64,000 nt of DNA from a virus, in IMG/VR virus record IMGVR_UViG_3300009506_000011, positions 1 to 64,000 of that record; one strand, given 5' to 3'. Positions 9,868 through 19,969 of this stretch are shown piece after piece. Numbering within the stretch: the first letter of the stretch is position 1; the number at the start of each line of letters is the position of its first letter. The notes under the pieces were generated by a model. It worked only from the letters and a program-made list of their open reading frames with translations, was not told the origin of the DNA and ran no database searches. The position numbers were made by a program, and so were the translations under genes.

Positions 9868-10419
9868 GTGGCAGCCAGCATCATCGAGAAGAAAGCGGCG
9901 GACGCGCAGCGCAAGCGGGATGCTCGCGCCAAGGCGGCTGCCGCAGAGACGGCCGCGGCGGAAGCGGAGGCGGCGGAGAAAGCCGCCGTCGCAGCGGCCG
10001 AAAAGGCCGCCGCCATGAAGAAGCGCGCCGATGCGCGTGCCGAGGCCGAAGCGGCCGAAACCGACGCCTTCGAGCCGCCAACTCCGGAAGAAGCGGCTGG
10101 CTTCAAGGCATGGTGCGTCCGCAACACCATCACGCCGCCGGGGCCCAAGCTGGCGCGCCAGCTCTTCATGCGGTGGAAGCGAACCAACGGCAACGCAGCC
10201 GAGACCAGCGAGGCAGCGGCCAAAGAGGTCAAGCGGTGGACGGTGATCCACTCCTGCCGCTACTACGACCGGAGCGGGGAGCGTCGTCGGGCTCTGGCGG
10301 GCAAGCCCATCGACGACATCGATCCGAGGGACGCCGCGTCCTTGCGGCGCCGCGGCCACATCGAGCCTTACCAGGAGCCGAGCAAGCCCGGGCTGAGCCC
10401 GGTTGCGGCCACGGGGTGA
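9868..10419 (+). CDS. hypothetical protein (Ala-rich)
   Basis: AAGGAGG Shine-Dalgarno; in the head operon. Confidence 0.55.
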   Translation: MAASIIEKKAADAQRKRDARAKAAAAETAAAEAEAAEKAAVAAAEKAAAMKKRADARAEAEAAETDAFEPPTPEEAAGFKAWCVRNTITPPGPKLARQLFMRWKRTNGNAAETSEAAAKEVKRWTVIHSCRYYDRSGERRRALAGKPIDDIDPRDAASLRRRGHIEPYQEPSKPGLSPVAATG

Positions 10420-10423
10420 TCCC

Positions 10424-10903
10424 GTGGCGCACCTCATCGGCCAGAGCGACATCGAGGACGTCATCGGCGTCAAAAAGCTCGTTGAGCACGCCGATGACGA
10501 CGGTGACGGCGTCGCCGATGCGAACGTGATCGAGAAGCTTCTCACCAAGGCCGACGACTACGCCCGCAACGCCCTCAAGCCCGGGTTCGGCACAATAGCT
10601 GCCATCGACGACCTCGTGTCACACGATGCGGCGATCCGCAACGACATCACGGAGCTGGCCATCGGTCTGCTCGGGCGGCGTCGGGAGCAGATGCTCGGCG
10701 AAGACGGCCAAAGCGCTTACGCCAAATGGTTCGATCCGGCGCACAAGCGGCTGGTGGCAATCGGCCGCGGCGCAGGGCGCTCGGCGGGCGAGGAGCAAGC
10801 TGGCCAGAACCAGCTTTTGCCGACGCGCATCGTGCCAGACGACCGGGAGCTGATGTTCGGCTCGCCCCAGGGCTCACCCTACCCGACGAGCGGGGGTTTC
10901 TGA
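10424..10903 (+). CDS. Mu gp36-like head-tail adaptor (DUF1320)
   Basis: SDIEDVIG..LVEHADD.GDGVAD..VIEK N-terminus; synteny. Confidence 0.75.
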   Translation: MAHLIGQSDIEDVIGVKKLVEHADDDGDGVADANVIEKLLTKADDYARNALKPGFGTIAAIDDLVSHDAAIRNDITELAIGLLGRRREQMLGEDGQSAYAKWFDPAHKRLVAIGRGAGRSAGEEQAGQNQLLPTRIVPDDRELMFGSPQGSPYPTSGGF

Positions 10904-10904
10904 T

Positions 10905-11324
10905 GTGGAGTACTTCGACGTCAGCGTCGATGCCTCAGAGATCCTCGGCCTCATCGAGGTCTACGAGGAGCGCGGCGGCAATCTCGAGCCGGTCATGGCC
11001 GTCATCGCCGAGGACTTCGTCTCGGCCGTCAACGACGAGTACGACACGGAGGGTCGGGGCAAGTGGCCGCCGCACGCCGCAAGCACGTTGCGCAAGCGCC
11101 GCGCCGGCGGGAAAGGCGCTCGGCTCATGCAGGATACCGGCGTCCTCGCCGCATCCACCGAGCCGAACTACGGGCCAAACTTCGCCGAGGCAACGACGGG
11201 CGTCGAGTACATCGTTTTTCATCTTGACGGTGGCCCCATCATCCCGCAGCGGAATCCCTTCGACCTTGAGGAGGACGTCTTTGAGACGGCGGTAGACACG
11301 CTGCTCGAGTACGTCGTGGAGTAG
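10905..11324 (+). CDS. Mu gpG-like virion morphogenesis protein
   Basis: WPPHAASTL, LMQDTGVLAAS, IPQRNP motifs. Confidence 0.8.
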   Translation: MEYFDVSVDASEILGLIEVYEERGGNLEPVMAVIAEDFVSAVNDEYDTEGRGKWPPHAASTLRKRRAGGKGARLMQDTGVLAASTEPNYGPNFAEATTGVEYIVFHLDGGPIIPQRNPFDLEEDVFETAVDTLLEYVVE

Positions 11325-11326
11325 CC

Positions 11327-11914
11327 ATGGCAGCCATCTCACAGCCGAACGGCGTCGGTCAGCACCGGACCACCGAAGCACCCGCCGGAACGCAGAAGCT
11401 CATCAACACGGCGGTGACAGCCTGGCACGCCGCGTTCGCGGGCGGCGCCGGAGACTTCGATATCAGCGCCGGCTTCAGCCAACCGAATCCACTGGAGGCC
11501 GACCGCATCCCGGAGCTGCACCTCACCGCCGGCGGCACGCCGGGCACCTACACGATCACCGGCACCTGGAACGGCCGAGCCCGCACCGCCGAGCTTGAAA
11601 CTGTCGCCGATGCCACCGTCCGCGCGGACGAGCCATTCGACGAGATCACCCGCTTCCAGGGCCCCGATCCCGGCGCTGGCAAGGCGGTCACGCTGAACAA
11701 GGGCGACAGCTACTTCAGTCCGCCGACGCGCTGGATCTGGACTGGTGAAGCCGGCGGTGTCATCGGCGTCCAGCTGAAGGACGAGCCCGCCGCGAACCTC
11801 AAAGCGGTGACGCTGCCGGCGTCTCTCGACTGGCATCGAGCAGCTGTCAGGGTGCGGGCGAACGACGGCAGCGCGCTCGCCACCACGCTCACCAAGCCGA
11901 TGGCTGTCTGGTAA
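11327..11914 (+). CDS. hypothetical virion protein
   Basis: Within the neck operon. Confidence 0.55.
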   Translation: MAAISQPNGVGQHRTTEAPAGTQKLINTAVTAWHAAFAGGAGDFDISAGFSQPNPLEADRIPELHLTAGGTPGTYTITGTWNGRARTAELETVADATVRADEPFDEITRFQGPDPGAGKAVTLNKGDSYFSPPTRWIWTGEAGGVIGVQLKDEPAANLKAVTLPASLDWHRAAVRVRANDGSALATTLTKPMAVW

Positions 11915-12870
11915 TGACGGGCGACACCTTTAAGATCCTCCGCTACCTGATGGGGATCCTGCGGCCCCTCACCGGTGACATCGCCCGCGGCGCCGTTCGC
12001 GCCGCCGCGGTGACTGGCCAGATCACGGTGCCGAAGAGCAGCTTTCTGATCCCGGTCATCGAAAGCGCCGTCGGTGGCCGGCAGCTTGTCCGGGACCTCG
12101 TCTACCGGACCACCGAGGAGACGGTGGTGCCGGCGTCGGGCGCCCTGATCCCCGTTGCCAGCCTTCTCGGGGGCAAGCGTCACAACCTGCCGAGCGGCGC
12201 CACGATGCGCTGGGATCCGCCTCTGCTCGGTTTGCAGCCGATCGTCACGCTCGAAGGCAACCTCGTCGACGGAGCAGACGCCGAGCTGACAAGCCCCGGC
12301 GGCGTCGCTCGGATCCTGCCGAGCGACAGCTCGCTGCCGAGCGTGATCGAGCTGGTGAAGACACACGCCGATCAGCTGCCGGCAATCCTCGTGAGCAACG
12401 CGGGCTTTGACGCCTCTGACTGGAACCTCGGCAGCGACTTCGCCACCGCGGACCGCTGGCTGATCTACGTCTGCGTCGGGACGAAGGTCACGGGCGATAT
12501 CGCCGAGGTGAAGCAGGGCCTCGATATCCAGGACGCGATCCGGGGCCTGCTGAGCATGCGCACGTCGTTCTATGGCGACGTCTTCAGCGACCCGATCGAG
12601 GTGCGCAGCGGCCGATTCTTGGGCAACGTCCGCGGCTTCCCCTTCAGGATCTACGAGACCCGCGCGGTGACCGGCTACCGAGACTGCCGCGTCGAGCACC
12701 GCGCCGTCGAGGGAGTCGGGGACTACAGCCGCTGGCTCAAGACGTCTTGGGCGTTCCTGGTCGGCACGCCGTCGCCGCTGCCGGTGGTACGCGGCGCCGT
12801 CTATCCCCAGGGCCAGAGCTTCTCCACGGCGTTCGACGCGGACGCCTTCACGAGCGGGGGAGGAGATTGA
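11914..12870 (+). CDS. putative tail terminator / neck protein
   Basis: TAATG coupling; position before the sheath gene. Confidence 0.5.
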   Translation: MTGDTFKILRYLMGILRPLTGDIARGAVRAAAVTGQITVPKSSFLIPVIESAVGGRQLVRDLVYRTTEETVVPASGALIPVASLLGGKRHNLPSGATMRWDPPLLGLQPIVTLEGNLVDGADAELTSPGGVARILPSDSSLPSVIELVKTHADQLPAILVSNAGFDASDWNLGSDFATADRWLIYVCVGTKVTGDIAEVKQGLDIQDAIRGLLSMRTSFYGDVFSDPIEVRSGRFLGNVRGFPFRIYETRAVTGYRDCRVEHRAVEGVGDYSRWLKTSWAFLVGTPSPLPVVRGAVYPQGQSFSTAFDADAFTSGGGD

Positions 12871-12880
12871 CCGCTTTACG

Positions 12881-12910
12881 ATTCCCGCCGATTCCCGCCG
12901 ATTCCCGCCG
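12881..12910 (+). repeat. ATTCCCGCCG x3 tandem repeat
   Basis: Three exact 10-bp copies upstream of TTGACG (12920). Confidence 0.9.
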
Positions 12911-12957
12911 CGGCGTGAATTGACGCCGCAACACCCGTTACCCAGGAGCCCCATTTA

Positions 12958-13356
12958 ATGACGATTTGGACCGAAGGACCCACGAACAGCTGGAAGCCCG
13001 ACGACGGCGAGGAGATCCGTTTTGCCGTGTTGCGGATCGTGGAGCGCGTACCCGTGAAGGGTTGGTATGTCAGGCACTACGAGCTGGCACTCTTCTTCTT
13101 CAACTCGGACAAGCAGGAGCCGGGCATCGACCCCGTCCAGTACCCGGACAACCTCAACAAGTTCTGCGACAGCTACCTCGATCATGAGCGCAACGGCATT
13201 CTCACGCTCGTGACGCGGGGCGCGCGGCGCTGTCGCTTCATTCGCTACGAGCGAATTGAGGATCAGGACGTCCGCGACGCCGCCGCTGTCACGGCTTGGT
13301 TCATGGAGCTGCCGGAGGAGAAAACCGATGCGCGCCCCCGGCGACCTGCCTCTTAG
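12958..13356 (+). CDS. stand-alone paralog of the gpN N-terminal domain
   Basis: Shares GPTNSW.PD, YELALFFFN..KQE.GID, QYPDNLN.FC.S, LTLVTRG, RD.AAVTA with 19970..20935. Confidence 0.8.
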   Translation: MTIWTEGPTNSWKPDDGEEIRFAVLRIVERVPVKGWYVRHYELALFFFNSDKQEPGIDPVQYPDNLNKFCDSYLDHERNGILTLVTRGARRCRFIRYERIEDQDVRDAAAVTAWFMELPEEKTDARPRRPAS

Positions 13357-13541
13357 TCCACGGTGGCCGTTCAAGGCCACCGCTCGGACTCGAACCGGGA
13401 TCTCCGGGGCTCGAACCAGGCTGGCACGCTCGGCGCGCGCCGTCAACAGTCCCCTCTACCCAGATGCGGTAGCATCGGACGAGCTGCCGTGGACTGGCTT
13501 CCCGGCCTTCCGCGGCTCTGTCTATCCAGGAGCTTTGAGCC

Positions 13542-13853
13542 ATGGCTGAGCTGCAGCTGGTGTGGGCCTTCGGCGTGGGAGCCATTTTCGGCGCGGCGCT
13601 CGTCTACGCGGACACGCGGCAGCCCGTCGCCGAAAATCCGCACCGAGAGTGTGGCCGCTGCGGCCGGCCCCCGACCGCCGAGGGACACGATGCCTACCTC
13701 GGCACGCTACCCGGGGTCATGAACGCGTGCTGCGGACACGGTCAAGCCAACGAGGCGTACGTGCAAAGAGAGGACGGCAGCTCCTATTCCGGCGAGGCAG
13801 CTATCGCATTCCAAGCTCGAGAGTCAGTGCCAGCCGGAGGCGACGATGGCTGA
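13542..13853 (+). CDS. hypothetical Cys/His-rich protein
   Basis: CxxC...GHD...NACCGHG. Confidence 0.55.
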   Translation: MAELQLVWAFGVGAIFGAALVYADTRQPVAENPHRECGRCGRPPTAEGHDAYLGTLPGVMNACCGHGQANEAYVQREDGSSYSGEAAIAFQARESVPAGGDDG

Positions 13854-14370
13854 CGTTGAACGGAGCCTCGCCGACATCCTGGCCGACCTGGCCGACAACT
13901 CGGACTGGGCGATCGACGCGCCTCAGGTCCGGCAAAGCGTGATCAGCGCACTCGGCGGCTACGGCCAGCTGTCTGTGGTGAACGGCACGACGCCGCAGAC
14001 GCTTGACGGCAGCGTTCAAAAGCTCACCGGGTTCACCGGCGCCCTGCCAGCGGACCCGAACGGCAACGTTGTGCCGAACGTGCTCAACCAGCACATGACC
14101 GTCGCGGTGGCGGGCGTCTACCAGGCGCACCTCAACGTTCAGCACTCCGTCGGCGCCAGCGTCAAGGCGGAGCTGGGGGTCGCGGTGGACGGAACGCCGA
14201 CCGTCATCCGCATGGAGCGAGACATCGACGTGCCCCGGATCGGCGAGCACTGCTCCGGCATGATCGAGGTCACGGCTGGGCAGGCCGTTTCTGCCTATGT
14301 GAAACTTCTCTCAGGTGCCGGCACGATCACGGTGAAGCACGGCACCCTCTGGATCAAGCGAGCTGGGTGA
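13846..14370 (+). CDS. hypothetical virion protein
   Basis: Beta-rich, coupled to neighbours. Confidence 0.55.
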   Translation: MADVERSLADILADLADNSDWAIDAPQVRQSVISALGGYGQLSVVNGTTPQTLDGSVQKLTGFTGALPADPNGNVVPNVLNQHMTVAVAGVYQAHLNVQHSVGASVKAELGVAVDGTPTVIRMERDIDVPRIGEHCSGMIEVTAGQAVSAYVKLLSGAGTITVKHGTLWIKRAG

Positions 14371-14531
14371 TGACCGAAAAAAGCGGCGGCGGAAAGAGCG
14401 GCGAGATTTTTGATGTGGAGACGGCCTGGCAGAAATTGGTCACAGCGCGGAAAGCGCGGATCGCTCGCGAGGAGGAAGAGGGGCCAGACCCAGATAGCCC
14501 TACCTGTACCGGCCTAACGGTGGCATCATGA
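14370..14531 (+). CDS. small hypothetical protein (53 aa)
   Basis: TGATG and ATGA overlaps on either side. Confidence 0.4.
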   Translation: MTEKSGGGKSGEIFDVETAWQKLVTARKARIAREEEEGPDPDSPTCTGLTVAS

Positions 14532-15109
14532 CCGAGCCTGCCTCCCACCCCTTCGTCAAGTACGTCAGCGCCGTCACCGGCCATCACGTCGAGCGCTACG
14601 GCACCGGCACTGTCATCGGCGGGCGCCGACAGCCAGCGCCCGCCGGGACCGGTAGCCTCGACAGAAACGCCGTCTCGCTGGAGGAGCTGCTCAGCCAGCG
14701 GGGCGCCGGCAAGCTCGAGATCGACGAGAGCGCCATCGTGACCCTGACCGCCGACGAGTGGGCGAAGCACTGGCAAGCCTACGAACGAGCGCTTCGCAAA
14801 GGCGCGCTGCGGGAGCGAAAGCCCGCCGAGTACTGGGAGAAAGTCGATGCGGAGCAGCGGCTTGCTGACGCTGTGAAGGCACTGGAAGCCGTCGCGCCCG
14901 GCGCTGCCGCCAAGCTCGCCGAGCTGACGGAGGACAGCATCAGAGCCGCGCTGGACGCTGTGACGGCGGCCGAAGAAGGCGCCGCGCCTGTGGACCTCGG
15001 CGGCTCGGCACCGCCAGCGGGAATGCTGCCGGCTGTCGCCGAGCCGCTTCGTGGTCTGGACGAGGGGATGAGAGCGGCGCTGCCGCGGCTGGAGGACGAG
15101 CATGGTTGA
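14528..15109 (+). CDS. hypothetical protein upstream of sheath
   Basis: Overlaps the sheath start. Confidence 0.55.
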   Translation: MTEPASHPFVKYVSAVTGHHVERYGTGTVIGGRRQPAPAGTGSLDRNAVSLEELLSQRGAGKLEIDESAIVTLTADEWAKHWQAYERALRKGALRERKPAEYWEKVDAEQRLADAVKALEAVAPGAAAKLAELTEDSIRAALDAVTAAEEGAAPVDLGGSAPPAGMLPAVAEPLRGLDEGMRAALPRLEDEHG

Positions 15110-16628
15110 GGTCGCTGTTGCGCCGAGCGTGCGCAGTCCGTTCTTCTACCTCCGGGTGAACCTCGCGGCGGGCGATACGTCGCCCGGCACTGCGGCGCTT
15201 CGCGCGCTGCTCATCTGTCCAAAGGCGGCCAGCGGGACGATCACGCCGGACACACAGGTGGCCGAGTCGGTGGCTGGGGAGGCGGCGGTCTCAACGCTGC
15301 TCGGAGCCGGCACGCCGGGCCATCTGGCCGCCAAAGCCGCCTTCGTCGAAGAAGGCTTGATGCAGCTCGACGTCGTGGCGCCGACGGCCAGCGCCGGCGT
15401 ACAGGCCACCGGGACGATCCCTTTCGCTGGCGGCCCACCAACCGCCACCTGGGTGATTGACACGGTCATCTGCGGCCGGCCGATCCAGAGCCAGTGGCTC
15501 GCGGGGCAGACGTTCGGCGACGCCGCCGACGCTCACGCCGCCGCCATCAACCAGCAGACGACGGACCTGCCGGTCACCGCGACGGCGCTCGCGGGCGCCG
15601 TCACCATCACCTTCAAGGTTCCCGGCGCCTGGGGGAACGACTGCCTCTACAAAGTCACGTCCACCGGCGGCGCCGGCGGCACGCCGCCCAACGTGGCCCT
15701 AACGAGCATGACCGGCGGCACGCTCGAGCCGACGATCACGACCGCACTCGCCTCCGTCGCACGGAAAGAATACGACCTCATCTACCTCGCAGTCTCCAAC
15801 GCCGACGCGGCCGCCGCCTCCACCACGAGCGGCCCCGGCCGGCTGAAGACTCACATCGCTGGTCTCGACAGCGGCCGGCGAGCGAAGCTGCAGCAGGCGA
15901 TCATCGCGACCACCGGGACGCTATCCGCCGCCAAGGTGGGCGCCGACCAGCACAACTTCGCTCCGTTCGAGTACCTGCACAGCGAGGACGGCCAGAGCCT
16001 GCCGGCGGAGTGGGGCGGCGCAGAGCTCGGCAGCCGCATCCGCGAGGAGACGGTCCGGCCGAACACGAACCGCGCCGAGATGCCCTACCGTGCCACGCTC
16101 TACGGTCCGGCCAACCTGACGGCGGACGCGCTCACAGACATCGAGGTCGAAAGCGCGCTTCAGAGCGGGGTCACGCCCGTGGTCTACGACTCGACCGACA
16201 CACCGGCGCCAGCGCGGCCGATCACCACCTACTACAAGGACGCGGCGGGCGCTCCGGACGATCGGGTGCTGGACGTGCCAGTCGTGTCCGGCGTCTACGC
16301 ATACGCGAAGCACCTCCGGACGGCGTTGCCTCGGAAGTATCGGGGGGTTTCGGTGGTCCCCAACCAGCCGCCCGGCTCCGAGCCGCTGCCGGACGGGGTT
16401 ATCGAGGTCGGAGAGATCGAGGCAGAGGTCATCAGCCTCACGCTCGACTACATCGCCCTCGGCGTGGTCGACCGGACGACGTGGGAGACGAAGCTCGCGA
16501 ACGGCCAGATCGTTGTCCGCATCAACCCCCAGGACAGCACTCAGGTCGACGTCGAGGTGCCAACGGCCATCGTGCCGATCCTGGCCAAGCTGGGCGTCGT
16601 CGTCAATCAGGTCGGAGTGGTGAGGTAA
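15102..16628 (+). CDS. contractile tail sheath protein (Mu gpL-like)
   Basis: 508 aa; VRSPFFY, LPVTAT, ALQSGVTP, RPITTYYK, VRINPQD..QVDV. Confidence 0.9.
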   Translation: MVEVAVAPSVRSPFFYLRVNLAAGDTSPGTAALRALLICPKAASGTITPDTQVAESVAGEAAVSTLLGAGTPGHLAAKAAFVEEGLMQLDVVAPTASAGVQATGTIPFAGGPPTATWVIDTVICGRPIQSQWLAGQTFGDAADAHAAAINQQTTDLPVTATALAGAVTITFKVPGAWGNDCLYKVTSTGGAGGTPPNVALTSMTGGTLEPTITTALASVARKEYDLIYLAVSNADAAAASTTSGPGRLKTHIAGLDSGRRAKLQQAIIATTGTLSAAKVGADQHNFAPFEYLHSEDGQSLPAEWGGAELGSRIREETVRPNTNRAEMPYRATLYGPANLTADALTDIEVESALQSGVTPVVYDSTDTPAPARPITTYYKDAAGAPDDRVLDVPVVSGVYAYAKHLRTALPRKYRGVSVVPNQPPGSEPLPDGVIEVGEIEAEVISLTLDYIALGVVDRTTWETKLANGQIVVRINPQDSTQVDVEVPTAIVPILAKLGVVVNQVGVVR

Positions 16629-16632
16629 GCTC

Positions 16633-17001
16633 ATGGATCTGCACGCAGAAGGCCAGCTCTCGATCAACGGGACCCCCACTAAAAAGGCTTCCGAGGCATC
16701 GTTCCGCGCGACGAACGGCGCCAACCTGCGGCAGGCGCTAAACAACTCGCAGGCCACCGGCATCGCCTTCGGTCCTGTGGAGGTCACGTTCAGCATGACC
16801 GCGGAGGTGCCCGAACAGGGCGCCGAGTACAACATGATCCGCGCCGTCGTCAACCGGGAGCGCGGCTCGTGGCGCTTCAAGGACTCAGGCGACCGGTACA
16901 CCGTCGAAGGCGCGCTCGGAGAGGCAGAGTGGCGGACGTCAAAGGCAGACGGGGTCGTGACCCTCACTGGCAGCGGCGTCGGCATCCTCAAGCTCACCTG
17001 A
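16633..17001 (+). CDS. tail tube protein
   Basis: 122 aa directly after the sheath. Confidence 0.7.
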   Translation: MDLHAEGQLSINGTPTKKASEASFRATNGANLRQALNNSQATGIAFGPVEVTFSMTAEVPEQGAEYNMIRAVVNRERGSWRFKDSGDRYTVEGALGEAEWRTSKADGVVTLTGSGVGILKLT

Positions 17002-17034
17002 TCCCGGACGCCTGCTGCTGATACGCTAGCAGGC

Positions 17035-17718
17035 ATGAAGAAACCGAAGCCATGGCAGCGAGGCGAGGACATCGCTGCCTTTTTCCGCGGCAAATCGGCC
17101 GCGGAGCTGGACATCATCGAGCATGGCGGGCAGGCGTTCTACAGTGAACGGCTACGCCGAAAAAGCCCGCAGGACGGCCAAGCCGAGCATGTCAAGCTTC
17201 GCGTCCGCGCCGTCGGCGCCCTCGATAAGGCGCGAGCTCGGCTGCAAGCGCTGATCTGGGCACGCAAGCTCGCCGTTGAGGAGGGCTACAAGGTGCCGGA
17301 GGTGCTCACGATCGCGGAGGCAGAGGCGATCTACGGCGCCAGCTACTTCGACTGGCTCGACACGCTCTGCATTATCTCTCAGGTGGCGGTCGAGCATGAC
17401 CAGCCGGCTGAGCCCTTCTTCATGGCAGAGATGCTGGCCAAAAACTACACAGAGGCGTCCCTGTCGGCCTTGTGGGAGGCGATCTGCTTCTACACCAACC
17501 ACGAGGACATTCGCGCCGACGACCTGGACGAGGAGCAGTTCGTGGCGACGGTGCTCGCAATCGACAGAACGCGAGGTGTCCTCCCTTTACTCGCGCTCGG
17601 TGGCGGCTGTCGCGACCGATTTGTGACTTCTATGGCAAGTCGGCTTGCGAACTTTCTGACGCCCAAGTCATCCTCGCCGTCCACCGGGAAATCGACAGCC
17701 AGCCTACCCACGACCTGA
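17035..17718 (+). CDS. tail assembly chaperone (G), with -1 frameshift extension to 17780
   Basis: Between tube and tape measure; slippery heptamer C CCT TTA at 17583-17589. Confidence 0.7.
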   Translation: MKKPKPWQRGEDIAAFFRGKSAAELDIIEHGGQAFYSERLRRKSPQDGQAEHVKLRVRAVGALDKARARLQALIWARKLAVEEGYKVPEVLTIAEAEAIYGASYFDWLDTLCIISQVAVEHDQPAEPFFMAEMLAKNYTEASLSALWEAICFYTNHEDIRADDLDEEQFVATVLAIDRTRGVLPLLALGGGCRDRFVTSMASRLANFLTPKSSSPSTGKSTASLPTT

Positions 17719-17772
17719 AGATCCAGAAGCTGCGTGAGCTCAGAGCCGTGATGTTCGGAAAGCGCCTCTTCG

Positions 17773-19968
17773 ATGGCTGATAAGACCGCCACCGTCCGTT
17801 TCGACGTCAAAGGAGACGGCTTCCGCTCTGGGATGAACCAGGCGAAGCAGCAGGTAGTCCGCGGTTCCAAGGAGATGGGCGCGGCCCTGCAAAGTGGGAT
17901 GAACGCCGGCGCCAAGGCCGGCGTCGACAGCATCCGGAGCATGCTCGGTGCCATCAAGACAGCGGCGCTCAGCCTCGGCGGGCTCTTTGGCGGGCTGGGC
18001 ATGGCTGAGCTGGTACGCGGCTCGATCGATAGCCGGAAGCAGTTCCGCAACCTCTCCGCGGCCATCGAGGCGGGCAGCGGGCGGATCATCAAGTGGCAGA
18101 CGCTGCAGCAGCAAAGCCGGATGATCGCCAACAGGTGGGGCCAGGACAACGAGCGGCTCGGCCAGAGCTTCTCCGACATGTTCACGGGCACGAAGGACCT
18201 AAACTTCACCGCCAACTCACTCGAGACCATTGCCATCGCCGCCCGGGGTACCGGGGCTGAGGTCGAAGGTCTCAGCAAGATTGCCGGCGTCCTGAATCAG
18301 AAATTCGGGATCACCGCTCGCGAGCTGCCGGACGCCATGGCAGACGTCATTGGCGCGGCGCAGGCCATGGGCCCCGGTGGACTCGAGAAGCTCGCCGATG
18401 ACTTCGGCGAGATCGGCGGTAAGGCCAAGAGCCTCGGTCTCCAAGGGTCGAGTGGCATGAAGCAGATGCTCGGCTGGCTCGCCGTCGCTCAGCGGGAAAC
18501 AGGCCGGTTTGAGCAGGCGATGACGGCTCTGCCGCAGATCTTCGACCAGATTCTGGAGCGGACGGGCAAGGGTGGCGTGCTCACCTCCGGCGGGAAGCTA
18601 CCGATCACGATCCAGACGCTCGACCAGCAGGGGCGGCCGCGCTCGCCGGCGGACATCGTCGCCGACATCATCAGCAAGACCGGCGGACAAGCCGAGGCGC
18701 TGGGCGAGTTCGGCTTTGGCGGCGAGGGCTTGCAGACGATCATGGCTCTCGCCAAGGACTTCCAGGCCGAGATGAAGACGACAGGCGGCGACATCGACGC
18801 CGCCCGCGCCGCCGTCGCCCGAGCGCTGGAAGACGCCGCGACCAGCTCGATGGATTGGAGCCGTATCCAGGCACGCGCCGCGGAGGCGATGAAGGATCCG
18901 GAGGCCAACATCACGACCGCCATCAACAAGATGAAGGAGTCGTTCGAGGATCCTGCCATGCAAGACGCCATCGGCAAGCTCGCAGAGAATCTGCCCACGC
19001 TGGCCGAGGCCGTCGCAAATGCGGTGGAGTTCATCACCAAAAACCCCATCATGTCAGCCGGCGTGCTTATGGGCGGCGCCTCCTTGCGCGGTGGACTCGG
19101 CGCCGGTATGGGCGGTCTCGCTGGCGCATTCGATCAGGGGGGCAAGACGGCTGCCGGTGCCATCGAGCAAGCCTTGCAGTCGGGCGGCGCAACGGCGGCC
19201 GACTCGATCAAAAAAAGCCTCGGCGGCCTGCTCGGGGGCGCCGCGCCGGCGCTGGCAGTGGGAGGTGTCACAGCCGCGGTCGACCAGGCATCAAAGCTCA
19301 TCGAGGACATCGATGAAATGGAGAAGGATGCACAACGGCAGCGGGAGGAGGCGCTCGCGAACGCGGAACGCCAGGGTGATAAGTATGCCACCAGACAGGT
19401 GTCGCTGGCCGAGCGGTTGCTGAGCGGCGAGAAGGGCCGACCGGAAGACGTGTTCGCGGGCGAGACTGAGCGCATCATGCGCGACCCGAAGACGGGCAAG
19501 GCCATCGCTGTGCCAGAGATCAAGCGCGTTGCGGCTGAGGAACGGGTCAAATACCGCATCACGTCCGGCTACAGCGCCGAAGATCAGCGGCGCATAGCTC
19601 AGGGTCTGGACCCACTCGGTGAGAGGTTTGCGGAATCAGAAGGACTGCGCGGCAGTCATGGCTTTGCATCACGCGCCGAAGCGGAGAGGTGGGGGCTTTA
19701 TGGCGGCGAGATGCAACAGAGGGCGGAATCGATGGCGCCAAAGGGTTTCGACTGGGACGCCTTCGACAAGCGCATGGCGCAGGAAAAAGCCGGCGGAGCG
19801 GCCAAGCCATCCCAGCAGATGGATCAGCTCCGCGCGGCCGTTGAGGCGGGGCCAAAGCGCACACTACGCGTCGAGCTGACGAACGCCGATGCCATAGGGG
19901 AAGCCGTCGCCTCGCGCGGCGGCGCGAAGCCGGGCACGCCGCCGGCGGCCGGTTACACGGGAGGCTGA
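17773..19968 (+). CDS. tape measure protein
   Basis: 731 aa, helical and A/G-rich, canonical position. Confidence 0.85.
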   Translation: MADKTATVRFDVKGDGFRSGMNQAKQQVVRGSKEMGAALQSGMNAGAKAGVDSIRSMLGAIKTAALSLGGLFGGLGMAELVRGSIDSRKQFRNLSAAIEAGSGRIIKWQTLQQQSRMIANRWGQDNERLGQSFSDMFTGTKDLNFTANSLETIAIAARGTGAEVEGLSKIAGVLNQKFGITARELPDAMADVIGAAQAMGPGGLEKLADDFGEIGGKAKSLGLQGSSGMKQMLGWLAVAQRETGRFEQAMTALPQIFDQILERTGKGGVLTSGGKLPITIQTLDQQGRPRSPADIVADIISKTGGQAEALGEFGFGGEGLQTIMALAKDFQAEMKTTGGDIDAARAAVARALEDAATSSMDWSRIQARAAEAMKDPEANITTAINKMKESFEDPAMQDAIGKLAENLPTLAEAVANAVEFITKNPIMSAGVLMGGASLRGGLGAGMGGLAGAFDQGGKTAAGAIEQALQSGGATAADSIKKSLGGLLGGAAPALAVGGVTAAVDQASKLIEDIDEMEKDAQRQREEALANAERQGDKYATRQVSLAERLLSGEKGRPEDVFAGETERIMRDPKTGKAIAVPEIKRVAAEERVKYRITSGYSAEDQRRIAQGLDPLGERFAESEGLRGSHGFASRAEAERWGLYGGEMQQRAESMAPKGFDWDAFDKRMAQEKAGGAAKPSQQMDQLRAAVEAGPKRTLRVELTNADAIGEAVASRGGAKPGTPPAAGYTGG

Positions 19969-19969
19969 G

